This document shows, one piece after another, positions 14,014 through 25,992 of a DNA stretch of 56,172 bases. Positions within the stretch are counted from its first letter, which is position 1. Each line of letters begins with the position of its first letter. The notes beneath the pieces were generated by a model, which had not been told where the DNA came from, searched no databases, and saw nothing but the letters and a program-made list of their open reading frames with translations. Position numbers and translations under genes: made by a program. Source of the DNA: Catajapyx aquilonaris (taxonomy: Eukaryota); the NCBI GenBank assembly GCA_000934665.2, contig JYFJ02002485.1:1-56172 (forward strand), read 5' to 3'.

Positions 14014-17000
14014 ATATTCCCAGCAGGATATCCCCTATATACGAAATGGTCCCATACAACAGTCTCTAGATTTAATTGATGCCGCGTGCTGTAATTATGA
14101 CTCAATTTCAAAAGTAATGTAGAGTATTTGGTCTTATAAAATGGCACTGCTCACTGTTACGAGTTGTCACACATTCATGCCTCTGTACCATATCTTTCCA
14201 CTCCGACTGCTGCTGTATAAGCATAATAATTATTGCTCGTAGTTATTATCAACATTGTTAAATATCTCAAATTACACTAATGATAATCCACACTGTTAAA
14301 GGATAATTTCACAGCCATGCATCAGGATAATTATCATATTGGTATCTTCTTAATGGCACATCATTTGACGCCAATTTACTTCTATATCCGGTCCTGCTGC
14401 TACCTCTTCCTTTCCTGAAACCATTTGATTCAGGCTCTTGATCTTACTGGTGCTCATTTGGATTCTGGTACTGATTCATCTGTATCCATCTGTATATCCC
14501 CTATCCATCCTGCTCCATCAACGATGCCAATTATTTGCTCTTTTTGTTCTGTGCTGTAGTGGTAATGTTTCTTTGAGGACTGTGAACCAAGATGCTGGCA
14601 ATTTAGTCCCATGCATGTAATTGGGCAAATATGAATATTCATTTGGCTTTTACTCGTAAGTGAATTACTTAATGCATCTATTCGGATTTCCATCCATCGT
14701 ATAAGAGTATCATCAACATTGTTTATGTCTCACACATTATCACACAATATCATTATTAACTCATTGTTTCTTTACTTCGCCAAACTGAACCTTATCTCTT
14801 CAGTGATAAGTTGCACCTAATGTAAACCTATAGCCTTCAACAGCAAAGTAAAGCCCCAATGCAATGTCACGAACCCCCCCACAAATCAATGTGTGAAAAT
14901 GACTCCCTTACTTTAGATCTCCTTTTCTTCTTGATCTGTATCATCCCCGCACTCTTTTGTCTACCACCCCCTGGTTCTTTTGTGTTTGTTCTACTTATTA
15001 ATCCTTTGTGGCATCGACTTGTTGGCTTTACCATTGTTACACCTTCATGCGAGCGGAAACTTGCTGCAGTCCGTTAGTGAATTTTTGGGGCCAACCTACT
15101 AGTCCATAATCCGGGGAACGAAGAGAGCTTTTGCAGACTTCCAGAAGAGACATCATCAAGTGCTTTTTGGGCGCACCTTAACTTGAGTGACGTGCATGTT
15201 CCAGTCTCAATTGGAGCATAACTGAGCGGACTCCACCAAAAATCAGCCAGGAAGACTTCCTTCTTGTTAAGAGCAATCCACCTTACCGGTTCTGCCTTTC
15301 TTTTTCTGTTTCTTCTCTCATTTTTTGTTTGTTTGTGAAGACTCACCGCCAGAGTAAATGTGCAACCGCTGGGGAAATGAGGTAAACGCAACCTTGTGTC
15401 CAGACCTACTTGTATTTAAGGCGTTTCAATTACTAGGGCCTCACATATGGGATGCCGGTCATTCCCGCTTCATATACAGTATAAAAAGAAGTGTTTGTGT
15501 CTCAGTGAAAGGCTAAGCAACACATCCTCCTTTTCCCTTTGCCTATGGCCTGCTTCACAAAATGTGCCGTCCTTCCATGGAGATGTAATCTTTCGCAACC
15601 AGGTTAGTGTCCTGCACAATTTCTCCCACGCCTCCACCATCCAGCCTCTGAAGAGGATATTTCATTCTGTTCATTCATGCCAGAAGGAAATATTTACGCC
15701 TATATGACCTTTGAGCATGGCCAAGGTCTTGGAAGCCTGTTGATTCACAACAGGAGGTCCTGACAGGATCTACATGTTTATAGCAATTTTTCAAAAGCAA
15801 AATGTCACAATATTGAAATGTCATAGATCAAATGGACTAATGATTGAAGGATTGCGATGTGCAACGTTCGCGCAACTCAATTTCGTAACATACGGGGGAT
15901 TCCAATTAACCCACTTCCACATGGCCATGCTCTGCAGACACTCCGGAATTTACGTCACAGATATGCGAGAACCAGATTGGCACGCACGGAGAAGGAAAAC
16001 GCTGCATGAGATCGTGATGGTTGGAAAGAATTCGATATCGACTGATATGAATGGGGCATGTAGGAGTTTCAAAATTTGAGCCATTCAGCCATTCAGAGAA
16101 AAAATTTACACCAGTTGGTCACATAAATACGTACATCAAGACATTCATTTGTGCCAAAAAAAGAAATAAATTATTGTGTCTCTGGAATTGTTTTCTTGTG
16201 CCGAAACAACTAGACAGAATCAAACAAGCGTATAGGTTGCGGCGACACGTGCCGAAGGTTTCCCGCGCCCTGCTTGTTCACTCTAATGGCAAAAGAGCCG
16301 TGTAATGTGGTCACTATGCTCAACCATCGCTCATTCGTCATTGGTTTTGCGGTCACGCCTTACATAGTCGCACGCTGTGCCGTTCAGCAGCACATTTTGT
16401 CGGCAATTAGATGACCAAAAAAATGGCTATTAAAACCAGAAAATAGATTTTAAATCGACCTAAAACATGTACGATTCTGGAATTTTATGACTTCTTATTC
16501 ATCTGAGGACAAGGCAGTTAAACTGATGTTATTACAATGTCAATCTCTTCAGCCCATTCACACTGACACACCGACCCACACACACCCACTTATTGCTACA
16601 ATGTCGAAAAGGTATCGCACAGTAAACCTGGCTTAGTTGACGCATCCGGTGCGTAGCAGTATATAGGAAACGTATTAGTGGTTCCTAATTTCCATGGGAC
16701 TTGACCGCCCCCGCACGAGCTGCATCTGACCTAACGGGAAACCAGAACAGCCTTAGGCTCTCTAACGGGAATGGCCTTGCCGTCACACAGTTTCCGGATC
16801 GCCTCCGACGTCACGATACACGGACCATTGTTACCACTCAAAGACGTCTCATTGTTGCTCCCTACTGGGGGGTTAAAACGGGTCCGGATTGTTGGAAGCA
16901 CTCAAATGGTTATCATCTCTTCATCGTATGCATACACCCTGAGGGGTCTAACGGAACATGTTTTCCAGAATAAGTCGTTTGGTGACTATGGTAGAAACAG

Positions 17001-18237
17001 GGCTTTTTAAAGCCCTACTCTGGGTATTGTTGTGGACCAGACCCGGATCAAGGGGTTGGTCAAATCTGAGAGCCGTTAGCAGTTTTTTTTTGAAATAGCT
17101 GGCAAAAATTCCGAGATATTTTGCAAGTAACGGGAAGGGCGTTCTCTACAACACGGCTTGAGACAGTAGCAACCAATCTTGGCTCGAAACAAGTCCACCA
17201 TTCTTCTCCTCCTTCTTTTTTTTCATTCTGAGGCGTTATACTCTACTGACACTTAAATGTAGAGCCATTTTGTTCAGTAGGTCGGAAGTCTTGGTGTAAC
17301 CTCTTTCACATTTGGTTCACCACCCTGCCTGCGTGCCAGTCTTCCAATGTTAGTGAGTCGTGGATGTGGTGGAAAAGAGTGAGTTGGTGCTCGGTGGTGT
17401 TGTGGTGGAGACTACGGAGGATGCACTGCCTACCATTTTGCTGTTGAAGGCTTCTACAGCCATGGGAAATCAAGGCTGCTGCTGCTTCCACCGGCCAGCT
17501 TTTTGCAATGGTATACCTACTAGTTTTCCTTTCATGTTCAATTAATTGGATGTAGATTTGACGTAGTGTACATGTGTATGTTAGCTAACCTTTACATGCA
17601 GGTCAAGGTGTCTTATGTATAAGTGCAAATTAATATAGATTGTGCAATAGTTAGCGATTATAAACCAGGTCAGATGTAATAAGTATGCCAAAAATGTACC
17701 GAGCAGCGGTGTCAAGATGCCGTGATATTTGGATACAGTTGAAACGTCTGATTCATATTCAGATAGTGACAGGTGGAACACCTTTGGAATAATAATGGCA
17801 TAACATTTATGTCCACGTCGACAGCAAGGTCACCATGACCCACCACTGTGAATGTTTCCCTTATTGTGACATTATGACTAGCACATGCACAACTGAATCA
17901 AAATATCCCGGATTAATCACTTACTGCCCTACATTAGTAGCTGGCGTGCATATATGCGTGGCATAGGCAGTTAAGAACACCCCTTCTCACCAACACATGG
18001 TCCCGTTATGATCCCGAGTCGAAACTTGGAGCTTCACTGTGTTCTTTCGAATAACCGTACGCACAAAATTTGATATGCAACTTGACTGGCATCATGTCAC
18101 ATGGAGGCATAACACTATGGTAATGGACTCGAGTCGCACCAAGAAGTTTCAGTTTTGCCAAGCATGATTTGAATACCAATGTGTGTGTTTTTTTTTTTCT
18201 TGCTCTCCACAGTTCCCGTCGTGCTGGCGGCCACGCC

Positions 18238-21200
18238 ATGTTCAGAACCCTGTGCTATGTCGCTGCCATTATTCTCTGGTGCACCGTCGACGTCCTTGGT
18301 GCCAACTGGATAAGCGGTAATTTCATGTTAATACCAACATAAAGTGTTCCAGTATTTTACGGTTGTATGAAATAAATCCTGCCAATGAAAGCTGCGACCT
18401 TGGTATGCATAACCCATTTACTAGAAATATTTGTGCTAAATGTTCCACTTCACTGGAGTATAGGAAACTTTGTAGCGAGAACAGTCACTGATCAGCTGCT
18501 ACAGGCCTGATGCTATGGGCAAATATTACTACATTTGTCAAAATTATTTCTAGATTAATTTTAACCTCGACCCTGTGGAATACTGCTAATCAGTGACCTC
18601 TATCAGCCTGAAAGTTTGTTGTCTCACATAAGAATAATGGCCCTTATACATAAGGACTGCTCAAATCGCGAGGATGAATAATAAGGGGTCGACATGGTTG
18701 AACCCAGGGTCAGTTGGATCCGCATACAACGAAAAAAACAAGCCCGGGGTTACTCGAGTCCGACCCCGGAACCGGGAAGATATGGCATTGTACTGTACAC
18801 CTTCGTGGGGTGTCCTTGTCTCTATAAGCATCCCGACATGCTCCGCCCGTATCTGGTCATCCACCCTCGACCTCCTCCGGAAGCTCCAAGACACTCGGAG
18901 TCTACTCTGATTTCTTGTGTTCAATATAATGTCCATTATGTATACGGGCCTTAATTACCAATAGTGGTAAAGACGGATGGTATAACACTGTCGTGCTTCA
19001 CGTGTATCGGCTCTGTCTTAACCCATAGTGAAAGTTCGCTTATCGAGCCAGTTTTTAATGGCTAAATGTCTTGGCAAACACTTGCGACTGTTATGCAGTA
19101 TACTAATTAATGCTTCCAAGTAGTGTTTTCTTGTTTTATTATTAATTTCTCGCAGAAAAATAATTTCCCAGCGGTTAAACTGTTTTATAAATGGATTATT
19201 ACCATCAAAGGTTGAGCAATTTTTTTTGAAGTTTTTAAAAATTAAAACTATTACTATACTTGTCCGAAAACTCGACTATGCCCATTTGCATACATTACAT
19301 ATACATAGTGTTATCCAGATCAGCCGAGTCTGGTGTCCAGAAAAGGCAACCGGATATAAGGCTTTCCAGGGCATGCAAATTAAGGCCACTGAGGAAGAGC
19401 AAGCGGTAATGAGTTATATTCACACTGCATATAGAGATACTGCTCTCCACTCTCGCATTACAATAACCCAATATTAAATTACATTTGAAAGGCATTCACT
19501 GATGACCTATAATTGGCCCGAGTTTAAATCGTGACACGCACAGTACTAGTTCCCAAACCACCCCATAGTATGCTAGCATCAATAAGGGAAAATCTTTCTA
19601 ACAAAAGATCCTGTTTTCAGGGTCCCGTTTAATGCATCGTCTGTTTGGAGTGCCACCGAGTTGCGCGTTCAACGGAGCGCAGTACGGTTGCACCTTGGCC
19701 TTCGTGTGCTGGATGAATGGAGGCCAAGCTCAAGGCGGATGCGGCAATCGATGGGTCTTCACGTGTTGTGTACCTCCAGCAGCTGCTGTTAGGGCAGACT
19801 CGCCTTTGCCCGAAACCAATGAAATCACACTCACCGATGTGGGTAAGTCCACATCTGTCTATATATGGTCATTTGACTTCAGCACCAGAGTGTTACACAG
19901 TTATGGTCAATGATGGAATTATAAAGTCATATTCAACTTTCAGAGTGTGGTGTGCAGCGGTTACTCTTGCAGAAGCGCATTATCGGTGGGCACGAGGCCT
20001 ACTTCGGCGAATTCCCATGGCAAGCACACATCCGGATTGCAGGATACCAATGTGGAGGAGTCCTACTCAATCACTTCTACGTGGCTACGGCGGCGCATTG
20101 TGTTCACCGGTACGTAGATTGGACTGACAGGTGTTCCACCCTTGGTTTCCACACCTAATCCTCAAGTCAACAGAGTCTCCATAGCTCAATGGTAGAGTAT
20201 TCGCTTCGTCGGAGAGCGACATGGTCCAGGGTTCGATTCCCTGGTGGGGACAAGTGCACTTCTCATCCACATTCCTTGACCTGAATTTATACCAACTTTG
20301 TAGCCTGTGCCACTAGTGAATCATTTACTTGTAGTTTTAAAAATAATTGCACTATAATTGTAGAAAAAATTCATTTGGCCCCATACGGAAGAAAGATGGC
20401 ATCATTATAAATAGAGAGTTTCTAAATGTTAACCTAAAAACATTAATGATTCAATTATGTACGCCTACTTGTAAGTAATATATTGTAGTAATTGACCATA
20501 TTTTTGGAGTGGCCAGTCATAAAGCATCATTTCCAGTTCCTTTGCGTTTTGGTTGGCCACTCCTAATTTCTTATCAGAAGGGCACATTTTACAAAATGCT
20601 GGGTAGTTAACTACTTTTCCCTATTTCCGGCCATTTTGTACGACATCTTGCAGAGCTCGACTCTCGGAGATTACTATATACCTGGGGGAATACGATACCA
20701 AAGATACCGGTCATTACGTCGAGCCCTATCCCGAGGAGGTGTTTGCTGCGGTGGAAAAGAAGATCCATCCCAATTTCAAATATATGCTCACCCAGCCTGA
20801 CAGGTATACTGTAATTCATGTATTGGCAGACATCATTTATATCATGGAGTCCATGGTGAACTAGGTGCAATGCAGTTTGCAAAAGAATCAGGAATGATTC
20901 GAAAATATGAATTCTTGACTAATCCACTCAAGCCTCTTCAGATTCGACATCGCATTACTAAGGTTGAACCGACCTGCGCTGTACAAGGAAAACATTCTTC
21001 CTATCTGCCTTCCAACCGAGAGTACCCACTCGTACCAGGGCCGAATTGGCGTCGTGGCTGGTTGGGGAAAGACTGACACTTCATTTGGTAAGCTGATAAT
21101 AATTTAGACTACGGTGGCATGTTTAAACTTCTCTCATAATATTCTACAGGCAAGACTGGTACCAACATATTGCAAAAGGTTCTGGTGCCCATAATCGGCA

Positions 21201-21574
21201 ACAGTGACTGCCTTGTGTGGCACGAGCAAAAGAACATCCGACTGGAGCTTCATGAAGAAATGTTCTGCGCGGGTCACAGGGACGGCAAAATGGATGCTTG
21301 CTTAGTATGGCGCAACTATTGAGTTGTGTTGTTTATGTAGTCACAAATATGTCATGTCCTGCAGGGAGACTCTGGAGGTCCTCTTATCGTGCACGACAGA
21401 GGTCGATGGACACTGGTTGGAATCACGTCTGCAGGATTTGGGTGTGCTGTCGACAGACAACCTGGGATCTACCACAAGGTATTTACATAATATGAGTGCA
21501 AGTGAAACCCTCTTATTCGTTCAATTCCGCAGGTAACAATGACAACGCATTGGCTGAGGAATAATATGACGTGA
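18238..21574 (+). CDS. CG13744: Secreted Stubble-family trypsin-like serine protease with clip-like domain (CG13744-like), 357 aa
   Basis: Exons 18238-18316, 19621-19842, 19944-20109, 20654-20803, 20942-21087, 21150-21304, 21365-21478, 21533-21574 are phase-consistent (1074 nt). Signal peptide [21 protein letters not shown]; 6-Cys knot; [55 protein letters not shown]. These match recalled CG13744 motifs. Confidence 0.92.
20175..20252 (+). ncRNA. Intronic tRNA-like element with non-canonical anticodon arm
   Basis: Acceptor stem GTCTCCA/TGGGGAC, D-arm GCTC-AATGGTA-GAGT, central arm TCGCT-9nt-AGCGA, 6-bp T-arm CCAGGG-TTCGATT-CCCTGG. Confidence 0.65.
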
Positions 21575-22094
21575 ATGGAGGATTCTCTACTAGTGGGTAC
21601 AACTTTGAAGAAGAAAGGACACTACTGACGGGGCACTGACCTGCACTGATCTCACAAAGCAACGTGTCGTTCCCTTGCAGTTAGTTGGACATTGAGCCTG
21701 CCTGTACGAGTATTGCCATCATCTAGAGTTGAAGACACAGTTCTCGTGTGTCAACAGTCACCAGATTGCCCATCTACCAAAACATTACGGATATTTCGTG
21801 TTTAGCTTCAGTGACTGCGAATGTGTTCACAGGGGTTATTATTTCTTTAATTCATTCGGGGTCCCTGTTAAAATGACCTTTAGACATTTCATAGTAATTG
21901 ACATAATTTTTAAATACAACTCCGTTTTCTCAAATGGGACTGTTTGTGACGTTCCTACTTCATGGCAGGTGAGGGTCGAGCTGGTCTCAAACCTGGAACC
22001 TTGTACTTCAGAGAAGGTATATGAAAAAGCGCACAGTGCTGTAACTTTGTAAAGTCAGAAAAGCGCAACTGGATATTATACATCATTTTATAAA

Positions 22095-22107
22095 AATAAA
22101 AAATAAA
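22095..22107 (+). terminator. Putative polyadenylation signals of protease 2
   Basis: Two AATAAA hexamers about 520 nt downstream of the stop codon. Confidence 0.45.
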
Positions 22108-23392
22108 ATCACTTACGTCTGTCACTTTGCTCATAATAATAGCAGTACTACCTTATATGGGTCCTGAAGTCGTCATCACCTTATTGAAACATGGCATTTT
22201 GAGATTTTTGGTGCACTTGTTAACCCATTATTGGACGTAAATACTGTAGTATATTAGCCAAACTCACCCAGATTCATAAATAAAATCACTTTCAAGATAT
22301 TACAGTATAGTGGTTGAAACATGAGGAAATCCAGATAACCGTCTCAGGTAAAGACGAAAATATATGGTTCCTACGATGTGTTGGGCCCCTTACTGCATCA
22401 TCTCTTTGTTCACGTTCCTCCTGCTTTTGTCTGGAGCAAGTGACGTTCAAAAAACCGCCAATACTCTTGACGGCTGTCCTTCACGGGTGATTGGATCACA
22501 CATTGCATTTATGGATAAAACTGACTTTACGGTTAACACAACAGTGCAGTGTCGGAAAATATGATCATATTCTGTCGTATTTCAGCGCTCCTAAATATAA
22601 TATATAGCAAATATTTAAATTGGACACTGTAACAACAGAAGATACCAGACCAATGGCAGTAGGTGACCTTGCAATTGAGTAATGCTATTGCGTGAATATG
22701 GAAAAAGCTGCAGGGCATGTAACCCGCTAAGCAGGGATAATATGAACGTGAGTTATATTGTACATGATATTCTCTTTACACACGGAATGGCAAGACACAC
22801 TTAATTGCCATCACATGCTGCGTGTAACTGCTGGATACCTCGAAGCAAAAAAAAATGATGTAGACGTAAAGTTTTGGGGTTTAAGAGTAGGCCTTGGGAT
22901 CCCAATACTAAAGCAACTGAACGAGTTACATACTACTGTACTTGTTATTAATAATTATTATATCAATGGGGAATATTTTTATACGTGTCTGTACTATAAA
23001 ATGTCAAATCATGTTAAATGCATTCTAATTATAGCCAAAAGTGTGACCTAGAAAAAAAAGTAGGTCCAGGATACCAGGAAAAGACTGCATGGCCACATTA
23101 TTGTGTTTTTCCTATAATTTTCTTTCCTCCACCATACCAACTCATCGTCCCTTATGTTTACCCGTGGAAGAAAATATGTACAGATTCCAGATGATAATTG
23201 TTATTCCATGGAGGTTTAGCATATACTAACTTATGGTTTGATTTCGAATTTTAATTAAATTTAATATTTTTGCTGTCAGGATGGGTTATATCCGAGGCTC
23301 AGTGAATCATAGCTCACTCAGTCCTTGGTGTCTCTAGTAGTCTATACTCAGCAGGCTACTCCACTGTAAATTGCCTAATTTCATAAATGCTA

Positions 23393-23563
23393 CAGTCGAC
23401 TCCGGATGTAAGAGACTTCTAGGGACCTTGGAAATCAGTATCCTATAACCGAAGTTTCCTATATCCAAATGCACAGGAAGTAACTTGTGTCAGAACCAGC
23501 CTTTCGAATTGGCTATAACCGAGGGTTGCTTATAGCCGAGGCACTTAAATCTGGATTCGACTG
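23393..23563. mobile_element. Tc1/mariner(pogo)-type MITE
   Basis: TA|CAGTCGACTCCGGATGTAAG ... CTTAAATCTGGATTCGACTG|TA with TA target duplication and internal TATAACCGA subrepeats. Confidence 0.85.
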
Positions 23564-23667
23564 TATTTATTTTCTTCCAAACCATCAATTGTTCGACACA
23601 CATTTCCCTCAAGATAACTGAACAAATAGAAATCACTAGGGATTAAATTTGTCAACAGTATAGCCTA

Positions 23668-24180
23668 CAGGGTGGCCACAAAGAAAGCAAATAATGAAAG
23701 CAAATGAAACTACAAGAAAACATGTACCGGTATAGAGTCAGGAAAACATAATGCATTATGCATACCGATTTTCTAACTTGGGTTAACTTGGGCACCATTC
23801 AAGTAGATGCAAAATGAGCCGTACGCTCTCCTTACCTTACGACAGCTTACTTTCCTTTGCGGATATTTAAAAAAAATCAAGTTACAAGCATGCCAATTCA
23901 TTCAAAATGTGATATGACTCATCTTCGCCAAGTTATTATTGAGGAGTTTAATTATTCAATTTCTGTGATCAGCATAAAAGCATGCGAGAAGGGCAAAAAT
24001 GAGACTTCAAGGTTGTCACATCTACTATAATGGTGCCCAAGTTGACCCAAGTTGGAAATTCGATAAACATCTCAGTCCTGACTCTATACATGTTTTCTTA
24101 TAGCTTTATTTGCTTTCATTAAATTTTCTTATTGACTTATTGCTCATCAAACATGTGCCCCTTTCTTCGTGGCCACCCTG
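23668..24180. mobile_element. Tc1/mariner-type MITE with long inverted repeats
   Basis: Ends CAGGGTGGCCAC and GTGGCCACCCTG. The inverted match extends ~140 bp (e.g. AACTTGGGTTAACTTGGGCACCATT versus ATGGTGCCCAAGTTGACCCAAGTT). Confidence 0.85.
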
Positions 24181-24293
24181 CAGTATGGGCATGGATTTTT
24201 GAAAATCGTTCAGAAAATGCTGATTCGTCATCCTGGCTTTAGCGAGTTCCAGCAGCGTCCGACTTATGTAATTCTGCCTAAGTGTCCTACTCC

Positions 24294-24631
24294 TTTTTTT
24301 CCATTACCCCACTTAGGGAGCTACTTACTCCTTGGGGGGGGGGGGGGNTGGGGGGGGGGGGGGTGGATTACCACCATCGGGATTTGTTGGAGCGTGTTAA
24401 GAAGGATCTTATTAGTATTTACTCAAAGGGTAGGTGGGAGGGGATGTGCAAAGTGCATGTGCGCTGTCGTTGAGTGGTCATTTTGTGAATTCCCCCGGGT
24501 GGATTAGTCTTTAGGAAATTTCCACCCGAAATGAAGCCAGAGATGGCCCAACTCTGCACGGATAAAGGTGGGAACCCCGGGACCTTCATATCCGTGGGCG
24601 CACGCGTTACCGCAGCGCCACTCCGTCTCCC
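24294..24631 (-). mobile_element. tRNA-derived SINE (head B + core Y + tail T) with B-box deleted
   Basis: The reverse complement GGAGACGGAGTGGCGCTGCGGTAACG... matches the 13680 copy. The tail ATGGTGGTAATCCACCCCC...GGGGTAATGGAAAAAAA matches the tail of the 28818 copy. Confidence 0.8.
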
Positions 24632-25483
24632 CTTACATATTGCATATACATAATATTTTGACGTCCACCAGAATGCATCATTCATAATTTAATTATCCAC
24701 TACTTGATCCCCGTCGGCCAGTGTTTCAACCGACTAAAATGCCGTTCCGCTCTGTTGGGAACGAATACAAACAGGAGTACAGTATAATTATTTTTTGATC
24801 TTACAAGTGTGACTAGTGAATGGGTAGGAAAAGAAGACTGATGGGGATAGGCAGAAGTAGCCAGAGTTTCGATTCATGTTTTTCAGTCTTGGCATGCCTA
24901 TGCCTTTTCCATGATAGCTCTCAGGATAATTCTGGGAGGGTTATCTTTTACAGAATAACAACATGTTTCCTTGCTTCCTTATATGTTTGATCCTTGATGC
25001 GTTGCACTGAAGTGGGATGCCTTATTGGCTGGCAATTTAGCTCTCCAGGAGGTTAAAAATGAAGGCCCCTATAAAGATTCTTCACCTTATGAGTTTCATC
25101 CTATCATGCCATTACTGGGTTTCCATTGAAAAGTGGCACATCCGCCGGCTTTACATGATTCGGAAATAATTAATGACAGCTAATGTCTCTGGAATTTTTT
25201 TGTCTGCTGTCACCATTGGTATCATGACTAGCTTATTATTTTAACACTCTTCTGATCTTGCATTGCGTAGCCTTCTCTGCAACTACATTTCAATTCATTT
25301 GCATTATTATTAATGCAGTGTGCAAAGAGCATAATAATTTTCGGGCGTTTTGTCGGGGACGAAATTTCCGGTTATCCTATCTCACACTGTGCAGGTTCTT
25401 TCTATATTCGCTTGGGTTTTCTCGGTGTATTCACGTTTTTTCTCCACTATCAAAATACATTAGTACCGTACCTCAGTGATTAA

Positions 25484-25992
25484 CCCTTTCATTCCTGAAT
25501 TTTTTGGGCCGTTTCTTCTCTTTTTGAAAAAAATTTGTAGTAGGAGTGATATAATGAAAAACAATGTTCTTCAATATTTATCATTTTTACTCGTGGTGGT
25601 CCTTTGGAATGTAAAAATGCCGAAAACATTCCCCTACTGGGTGTTCCAGAAAAAAATTTAAAGGCAATTAACTTTAAATGCAATTAAATTAATTTAAAAT
25701 TTTAAAATCACTATGAAATTGTTACGATGGTTGCAAAATAATACTAAAACACTGCACTATGAGAAATTCCTAAGAGTCCAGACTTATGGGACACCCTGTA
25801 ATTACGCGGCCGGGTGGGGGGTTGTTTACCTTTCAAGGGCGCGAGCAAAATATAACAATCCGACTTTGTGGGTGCTGAGTCACCATCCACTAGATGCCAC
25901 AAGAAGTTTGACCCACAAAGTTTGCCTTCTGCATGCGAACGCTTTGCCGCCAGATTAATTGTTGCCATATGGCTACAGTGGGAATGAAAGGG
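25484..25992. mobile_element. piggyBac-type MITE
   Basis: TTAA|CCCTTTCATTCC ... GGAATGAAAGGG|TTAA: 12-bp terminal inverted repeats with TTAA duplication. Confidence 0.85.

Noticed and set aside
14300..17500. Patches of coding-looking, GC-richer sequence upstream of the protease 2 coding region
   Set aside because: There is no consistent frame, splice pattern or recognisable motif; these are probably old repeat debris.
24333..24363. Long G-run as a G-quadruplex element
   Set aside because: It contains an N, corresponds to the expanded C-run of the SINE tail, and may be an assembly artefact.
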